Assembly: GCA_964019425.1 (NCBI GenBank)
Contig: OZ025804.1
Location: 248,001-312,000, forward strand
Source of the DNA: Flectonema sp. DT1601
Taxonomy: Eukaryota
Direction: 5' to 3'
Length of the DNA stretch: 64,000 nucleotides
Under the pieces are notes generated by a model, which did no database searches, was not told the origin of the DNA, and was given only the letters and a program-made list of their open reading frames with translations. A program made the position numbers and the translations under genes. Shown here one piece after another: positions 56,170 through 64,000 of the stretch; within the stretch, counting starts at the first letter, position 1; the number at the start of each line of letters is the position of its first letter.

Positions 56170-58161
56170 GGGGGGGGGGGGGGGGGTAGGGGGGGGTACA
56201 AGCTGTCGATAAAGTACTTTTTCCGAATTTTGGTAAATATAACCTTCCCGGGGGCAAAAAATACCCAGGACCCCATCAGAACCCCCAAAAATGTGATTTC
56301 GGGGCCGAAAAAACCTCGATTTGGCTGATTTCGGCAAAGGAATGAAAAATCTCAAAAAGTGTGGACCGTGTGGTACTTGGGGGTCCAATTTTGAGGCCTG
56401 TGAAATGCACCTTCAAATAATTTTTTTTTACAATGAGAAGAGGTGACCTTAGTGTGTCCCCGTGCACGCAGTGTGCTAATATACCATTTCCGTATCAGTT
56501 CCTGCTTCAAGAACACGCCACGAAAAAGAGTAGCACTCTCGAGCGGCCATGCTTGAGGCCACGAGGCTCACGGGCAGGATAACGCAGCGGAAAACGACGT
56601 TCTGCAGGGCAGCTCACAAAGTCATTCTGCGGAGGAGAGCATTGATCCCAGAGTGCATGAAAACACCTCCCGAGGCATCCCTGAAGTCACTCAACAGCAC
56701 TTGGACAGTCAGAAACAGGATACGCGTGAGAAAGGGGTTCAAAAAACGTCCAGTATCTGCGTCGTGATCACAGAAGGCTCAGAGAATAGAGAAAGCGCCA
56801 CGTCTGTACCCCAAACAGGGATAAGCCTCAAGACAGCTGTAGTGGTAGTGCCTCAAATAGTAGTGCCATAGATAAGCAGCAGCGACATAGGGCAACATGC
56901 TCCATCCAAAAAGCCGTTCAAGGCATCACTTAAGACCCAACCATGCTCACTAGCAGGGCATACAAGACACTCCAGTACATGCAGCATACGAAGAAGTACG
57001 GAAGACACATCCGCTTGCAACTGTACCCAAACGAGGGGGATATACTCCTGGAGTCTTGGAGTCGTAACAACACTGCAGATATTGCGGCAAGAAGGGATCG
57101 GCGCAGAGACATCCAACTAAGTCCTGAGTGAGTGTCATAGTTGAAGCTGTCGCAGGTGCGCAGACAGAAGGGAAGCGGGTCGAAGTCACCAATTATATCT
57201 CGAAGGACAGTCCGACTTGTTGATGAATTCACAGGTGATCTGTCGGTGACCTGACTTCTTGAAGCAGCAGCTTCCTCCTCACCCTCCGTCACATCGCTGC
57301 AGCATGATACTTCCTCTAGTGCCCGTCGTGCTCGTGGGATGAAGCTAACAACCGTTGTGTTCGTTGTCATCCCGCACCCCTCAAGGGATGGGGAGGTTAT
57401 TCAGTGTTGTTGATAGTTCTTGGTCAACTGACAGAACCGGTGGCGTGAATGCTGCCCTACTGATAATGTACAACATATTCCAGAGGCACATGGGCTTCCA
57501 AAGGCTACCACATCAACGCAGGACCACCAACCCTCTTCAGATTGGCAAGAACAAGCACAACAGGAGGCGCTATAGGGGCTGAACGTACCACCCCGTCCTC
57601 ACGGGGAAGCCCTCTAGACAGCAAGGTCTAATGCAAATCTGCCATCTGCATCCAAGGATTGGTCCTCCGTCTATCTTGTACAGAAAGAAGCACAGCTTGG
57701 GGCCAAATTTCGAAAGCTGAGCACATGGGATGTTCAAGAGAAGGCCAGTAGCCTAAGCATCGAAGATGGGGGAATTAACAAGCCCGGTCTGGTGGAGCAT
57801 ATTATTAAGGTTCAAATCAGGCCGATAAAAATAAAAATTGGGTTCCCATTTCATTCCCTACTCAACTCAGAGGGAAACCCTGGTTATGGATTGCTCAATG
57901 CACGGAATTACTTGTAATTTTTGTGAGCCCTCCTAACACACCCCTTGTTTTCACCCCCCTCAGGTACCACACGGTCCACACTTTTTGAGATTTTTCAAAG
58001 ACTTGCTCTAAAGTGCCGAAGAACTGTTTCTTTGGATCGCAATCCCCATTTTTGGGGTATATGTTGCAGTTTTCATAATTTGGGTGCCCAAAAAACTTGT
58101 TCTCCGGAAAAAAACCGAAAGTGCCCAAAATCTCCGTAAAATCGATGCTTGTACCCCCCCC
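56170..58161. mobile_element. ~2-kb non-autonomous inverted-repeat element, copy A
   Basis: Ends G(n)TAG(8)TACAAGC ... GCTTGTAC(8). Subterminal inverted repeat AATCTCAAAAAGTGTGGACCGTGTGGTAC / GTACCACACGGTCCACACTTTTTGAGATT. No intact ORF. Confidence 0.8.
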
Positions 58162-58196
58162 TTGTAACTGTTACAAAAGATGAGACAGAAACTCAT

Positions 58197-58616
58197 ATGT
58201 TATCTATCAAAAAGAATGGCAAGTTGGCAACACAAACGGTCGCTGATGAACCAGAGAGAAGCAGTAACAAGAGACTGAACTCACAGAGTCCAATGCGAAT
58301 TGTGAGAATCAAAAAATACCTGAGCAACCGGAAAAGGCTTAAAAATGAGTGTACTGAACATAAGTTGGCACAGAAAATGAAACTTAAAGAAGTACAAAAA
58401 CAGAAATTAGCAAAGGGAAAGGAAAAGAAGAAACTGAAATTGGTAAAAAGACTCAACTCGCAGAGTCCAATGAGACCGATGCTCAGAAGAAATACTCGAA
58501 AGAAAAGAAGCAAACAAGATGAACATGATTCTTCAGATGATATGAGTATTTCACAGAGATCTTCAACTCCAGATATCCCTGATGCTAAGGAACAATTATC
58601 AGACTTTGATAATTAA
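58197..58616 (+). other. Lys/Arg-rich ORF fragment upstream of hammerhead copy 3 (possible 3' end of a mobile-element ORF)
   Basis: Open frame with internal duplication KRLNSQSPMR; 5' end abuts element copy A. No family can be assigned by eye. Confidence 0.35.
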
Positions 58617-58776
58617 AAACACTTTCTACATTTATTGTAGAAAAGTGCTCCACTAGTAGTGAGCTACGAACTAGTAACAGCAAAAAATATGTTTTTTTTA
58701 TTTATGAACATGAAACACAAAGTAACTACATTCCAGTCCTGCAAACTGGAATGACTCAGTCTCAACATTTGACTGA

Positions 58777-58843
58777 CTTACTTCTACACCATACTGATGA
58801 GAGAGAATAGAGGTAAGAGGTATATGGATTACTCTCGAAACCT
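58777..58843 (+). ncRNA. Non-circularly permuted hammerhead ribozyme, copy 3 (predicted cleavage after A58822)
   Basis: Extra helix CUUACUUCUA/UAGAGGUAAG, stem I CCAUA/UAUGG, CUGAUGA 58794-800, stem II GAGAG/CUCUC, GAAA 58837-40, stem III AGGU/ACCU, GUA triplet. Confidence 0.85.
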
Positions 58844-59034
58844 ATAGTTACTTTAATATGCTAAGTTGCGCATCACCCTTAGTCACTGTATTTAAAACTA
58901 ATGTTAAATTATCTTTATGTTTTTATGATACAACACAGTTGTAATTTTTACAAAATCGAACATACATCCCCCCTAGGGGGGGGGGGGGGACCTTTGATAC
59001 GATACGATACAAGACCTTTGATACGATACGATAC

Positions 59035-60647
59035 GGTACAAGCTGTCGATAAAGTACTTTTTCCGAATTTTAAATATAACCTTCCCGGGGGCAAAAATTA
59101 CCCAGAACCCCACCAGAACCCCCAAAAATGTGATTTCGGGGCCGAAAAAACCTCGATTTGGCTGATTTCGGCAAAGGAATGAAAAATCTCAAAAAGTGTG
59201 GACCGTGTGGTACCTGGGGTCCAATTTTGAGGCCTGTGAAATGCACCTTCAAATAATTTTTTTTTACAATGAGAAGAGGTGAGTCTTGGTGTGCCCCCGT
59301 ATGCGCAGTTTGCTAATATACCATTTCCGTATCAGTTTCCACCTCAAGAACACGCCACGAAAGAGAGCAGCGCTCTCGCCCGGCCATGCTTGAGGTCACG
59401 AGGCTCACGGGCAGGATAACGCAGCTGAAAACGATGTTCTGCAGGGCAGCTCACAAAGTCATTCTGAAAGCGCCACGTCTGTACCCCAAACAGGGATAAG
59501 CCTGAAGACAGCTGTAGTGGTAGTGCCTCAAATAGTAGTGCCATAGATAAGCAGCAGCGACATAGGGCAACATGCCCCATCCAAAAAGCCGTTCAAGGCA
59601 TCACTTCAGAAGACCCAACCATACTCACCGGCAGGGCATACAAGACACTCTAGTGCATGCAGCATTCGAAGAAGTACGGAAGAGACATCCGCTTGCAACT
59701 GTACCCAAGCGAGGGGGATTTACTCCTAGAGTCTTGGAGTCGTAACTGCACTGCAGATATTGCGGCAAGAAGGGATCGGCGCAGAGAGATCCAACAAAGT
59801 CCTGAGTGAGTGGCACAGTTGACGTCGCCGGTGCACAGACAGAAGGGAAGCGGGTCGAAGTCCCCGACTATATCTCGAAGGGCAGTCCGACATGTTGATG
59901 GATTCACAGGTGATCTGTCAGTGACCTGACTTCTTGAAGCAGCAGCTTCCTCCTCACCCTCCGTCACATCGCTGCAGCATGATACTTCCTCTAGTGCCCG
60001 TCATGCTCGTGGGCTGAAGCTAACAACCGTGGCGTTCGTTGTCATCCTGCACCCCTCAAGGAATGGGGAGGTTATTCAGTGTGTTGTTGTTGATAGTTCT
60101 TAGTCAACTAACGGAACCATTGGAGTGAGGGCTGCCCTACTGATAACGTACAACATATTCCAGAGGTACACGGACTTCCAAAGGCTACCGCATCAACGCA
60201 GGACCACCAACCCTCTTCAGATTGGCAAGAACAAGCACAACAGGAAGCGCTACAGGGGCTGAAAGTACCACTCCGTCCTCACAGGGAAGACCTCTAGACA
60301 GCAAGGCCTAATGCTAATCTGCCATCCGCATCCAAGGATTGGTCCTCTGTCTATCTTGTACAGAAAGAAGCACAGCTTCGAGCCGAATTTCGAAAGCTGA
60401 GCACATGGGATGTTCAAGAGAAGGCCAGTAGCCTAAGCATCGAAGATGGGGGAATTAACGACCCGGGTCTGGTGGAGCATATTATTAAGGTTCAAGATGG
60501 GTCGCAATCCCCATTTTTGGGGTATATGTTGTACTTTTCATAATTTGGGTGCCCAAAAAACTTGTTCTCCGGGAAAAAACCGAAAGTGCCCAAAATCTCC
60601 GTAAAATCGATGCTTGTACCCCCCCCTACCCCCCCCCCCCCCCCCCC
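59035..60647. mobile_element. Inverted-repeat element, copy B (two internal deletions)
   Basis: Collinear with copy A but lacks segments near 59467 and 60496; ends GCTTGTAC(8)TAC(n). Confidence 0.8.
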
Positions 60648-60649
60648 TA

Positions 60650-62639
60650 GGGGGGGGTACAAGCTGTCGATAAAGTACTTTTTCCGAATTTTGGTAAATA
60701 TAACCTTCCCGGGGGCAAAAAATACCCAGGACCCCATCAGAACCCCCAAAAATGTGATTTCGGGGCCGAAAAAACCTCGATTTGGCTGATTTCGGCAAAG
60801 GAATGAAAAATCTCAAAAAGTGTGGACCGTGTGGTACCTGGGGGTCCAATTTTGAGGCCTGTGAAATGCACCTTCAAATAATTTTTTTTTACAATGAGAA
60901 GAGGTGAGTCTTGGTGTGTCCCTGTGCACGCAGTGTGCTAATATACCATTTCCGTATCAGTTTCCGCTTCAAGAACACGCCACGAAAAAGAGCATCGCTC
61001 TCGCCCGGCCATGCTTGAGGTCACGAGGCTCACGGGCAGGATAACGCAGCTGAAAACGATGTTCTGCAGGGCAACTCACAAAGTCATTCTGCGGAGGAGA
61101 GCATTGATCCCAGAGTGCATGAAAACACCTCCCGAGACATCCCTGAAGTCACTCAACAGCACTTGGACAGTCAGAAGCAAGATACGCGTGAGAAAGGGGT
61201 CCAAAAACGTCCAGTATCTGAATCGTGATCACAGAAGGCTCACAGAATAAACAAAGCGCTACGTCTGTACCCCAAACAGGGATAAGCCTCAAGACAGCTG
61301 TAGTGGTAGTGCCTCAAATAGCAGTGCCATAGATAAGCAGCAGCGACATAGGCCAACATGCCCCATCCAAAAAGCCGTTCAAGGCATCACTTAAGACCCA
61401 ACCATACTCACCAGCAAGGCATACAAGACACTCCAGTACATGCGGCATACGAAGAAGTACGAAAGACACACCCGCTTGCAACTGTACCCGAACGAGGGGG
61501 ATATACTCCTGGAGTCTTGGAGTCGTAACTACACTGCAGATATTGCGGCAAGAAGGGATCGGCGCAGAGAGATCCAACTAAGTCCTGAGTGAGGGACATA
61601 GTTGAAGCTATCGTAGGTGCGCAGACAGAAGGGAAGCGGGTCGAAGTCACCAACTATATCTTGAAGGACAGTCCGACTTGTTGATGGATTCACAGGTGAT
61701 CTGTCGGTGACCTGACTTCTTGAAGCAGCAGCTTCCTCCTCACCCTCCGTCACATCGCTGCAGCATGATACTTCCTCTAGTGCCCGTCGTGCTCGTGGGA
61801 TGAAGCTAACAACCGTTGTGTTCGTTGTCATCCTGCACCCCTCAAGGGATGGGGAGGTTATTCAGTGTTGTTGATAGTTCTTAGTCAACTGATGGAACCA
61901 GTGGCGTGAATGCTGCCCTACTGATAACGTACAATATATTCCAGAGGCATACGGGCTTCCAAAGGCTACCACATCAACGCAGGACCACCGACCCTCTTCA
62001 GATTGGCAAGAACAAGCATAACAGGAGGCGCCACAGGGGCTGAACGTACCACTCCGTCCTCACGGGGAAGACCTCTAGACAGCAAGGCCTAATGCTAATC
62101 TGCCATCCGCATCCAAGGATTGGTCCTCTGTCTATCTTGTACAGAAAGAAGCACAGCTTCGGGCCGAATTTCGAAACCTGAGCACATGGGATGTTCAAGA
62201 GAAGGCCAGTAGCCTAAACATCGGACATGGGGGAATTAACACGCCGGGTCTCGTGTAGCATATAATTAAGGTTCAAATCAGGTCGATAAAAATAAAAATT
62301 GAGTTCCCTTTTCATCCCCCACTCAACTCAGAGGGAAACCCTGGTTATGGATTGCTCAATGCACGGAATTACTTATAATTTTTGCGAGCCCTCCTAACAC
62401 ACCCCTTGTTTTCACCCCCCTCAGGTACCACACGGTCCACACTTTTTGAGATTTTTCAAAGACTTGCTCTAAAGTGCCGAAGAACTGTTTCTTTGGATCG
62501 CAATCCCCATTTTTGGGGTATATGTTGCAGTTTTCATAATTTGGGTGCCCAAAAAACTTGTTCTCCGGAAAAAAACCGAAAGTGCCCAAAATCTCCGTAA
62601 AATCGATGCTTGTACCCCCCCCTACCCCCCCCCCCCCCC
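60650..62639. mobile_element. Inverted-repeat element, copy C
   Basis: Full-length collinear copy joined to copy B through a CCCCCCTAGGGGGG palindrome. Confidence 0.8.
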
Positions 62640-64000
62640 TCACAGCTGAAACATCCATATTAGGTGTAGGGGCCCACATGTGGTGGGGAAGATATCTCCT
62701 CCTTCGTTGTGGGGATGCACGTGCTCTAAGTTCCAGCACACTGGCATTGCCAAGTGAGTCTTCCTTCATGTCTTGCCCCCTTGCCCAATCCACCAGGTCG
62801 AAACTTGTCATTGGCGTTGCCTGTTCCAGTGGTATTGCCGCTCCATTCGCCCTCAGTGCTGCAGCTAAGCTCAACAGAGGTCCGTTTTCTATTCCGATTC
62901 TCCCCATCTCTCCTGTTTCTCTGTCTGAATTTGCTTCCATCTCCCTTCCGGGGGATCCTCGGGCTGCAGGTTTTATATTGTTGTCCGGGCCTGAACTTAT
63001 GGATCTTCTTAACCTTGTTCGTAGTCGGCCGTCCTTCAATACCTGTTTTGAGCGCTTCTGCATAAGTCTTGCTGGTTTCCTTAAATACTTCAACCTTGGT
63101 AATGGGAGTGTTTCTAATACTTGCATATTCCTGTACTCTAACCTTCGTCTTGGGAGTGCTGTTGTTACTTGCAGGGTCTGGTCGGCTGGTCACTTCGCGA
63201 ACCCTCTCCTGTTTCCCAATGCTGGGTATGTGGAAACAGACACCTTCCCCCCTTTCCATTTTGGTTGCTGCAGCTTCACATGTTTGTTCCTCTTAGCTAT
63301 GGCGTTTGCCTTCTCCAACGGGTCTTCCGATGCCACTTTCATTATCATCTCCAGCTCGGATCTCTTCGTCCCATCCTTGCAGAAGTAATGCTGAATCCGC
63401 AGCTGCTCCAACAAAACCTAGCTCTACGAAGTGGGGGTTTTCTTCCCACACGCTACTACATATTCGAACCCGAGTATAAAGTTTTTCAATTGCTTGAAAT
63501 AACTGAGAAGTTGGCTTCCCCCAACTTTGTATTCGAGGCTGTTAACATACCTCTCTCTGATCCCGTGTGCCGTCCTTCCCGAACTCATTACTGCTGCCCA
63601 TCTTTTTACATCTCTGGCTGCAGATGGGTCGGTCACCTCCTGTGTTGCTTCTTCTTCTTCCGTCTTTGGTGCTTGAGGTACTGCTACTGGCCCTTGCTGA
63701 GTTGTGGTAGACCTCTTCTTCAGACCCGCTAATTCCTGCATGATACCTTGTATCACGGCTGCCTGTTGTTCCTGATGGGCCTGCTGTTGTTGATTGATAC
63801 TCTGGAACAATGCTGTATTCTGGTCCTGCTGATCTTGTTGTTGCTGTTGTAGAACCTGTTGCTCTTTGAATGCTTCCCACATGCCCCCGATGTTCTCAGC
63901 TTTCTCGGCGTGTGTTTGATCACTGGCACTCACACAGTCTCAACAGGTGTTTGATAACTGCGATTGAATGTAAACCTTTTAGTTTTGAAATGTCTGTCTG

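Larger units (their letters stand above)
55430..63933 (-). mobile_element. Decayed tyrosine-recombinase retrotransposon (VIPER/TATE/DIRS-like), interrupted by two insertions
   Basis: Gag-like ORF 63933-63190 with an internal stop. YR-like N-terminal LRANGAAIPLEQATPMT; core apparently deleted. RT-like pieces MDVSAVRG|MLPSALKRFD, ARELV|ECGIAV...PFTVYEERETGNRQRFIL, PM(G)HVCAPELM and QRDLK are continuous once the insertions are removed. Confidence 0.65.

Noticed and set aside
56549..57582. Short ORFs inside the 2-kb element as a transposase
   Set aside because: Frames are broken differently among copies and no DDE, HUH or YR catalytic motifs can be identified.
62558..63388. 276-aa + strand ORF
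   Set aside because: Antisense shadow of the retroelement ORFs that starts inside the repeat terminus.

Overview
AT-rich eukaryotic genomic DNA, most likely a euglenozoan protist (probably a diplonemid). Evidence: flagellar calcium-binding protein genes, euglenozoan-type rRNA fragments, every intact host gene on the + strand as in a polycistronic cluster, and short GT-AG introns. Positions 1-54 kb hold about 18 host genes: 2x FCaBP, FYR-domain, SPATA17-like, kinesin, MATE, JMJD6, Ubl-ankyrin, RING/TRIM-like, NOT2/3/5, LRR multi-TM receptor, lipase, discoidin-domain protein, NudC, 2x Ubl-LRR, a 2458-aa LVIVD surface protein, a coiled-coil protein and an EF-hand/WD40 protein. Positions 55.3-64 kb are a nested mobile-element region. 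A decayed VIPER/TATE-like retrotransposon on the - strand is interrupted by a mosaic of LSU rRNA fragments and by a 6.5-kb array of a 2-kb poly-G/poly-C inverted-repeat element. The top finding is a family of predicted hammerhead ribozymes with a non-circularly permuted strand order. The cleavage strand lies between the CUGAUGA and GAAA strands, and an extra strut helix is present. The fold occurs at 49906-49980, 50271-50340 and, with entirely different but fully compensatory stems, at 58777-58843. A degenerate candidate lies at 21075-21133. All structures were read by eye; no searches or folding programs were run.
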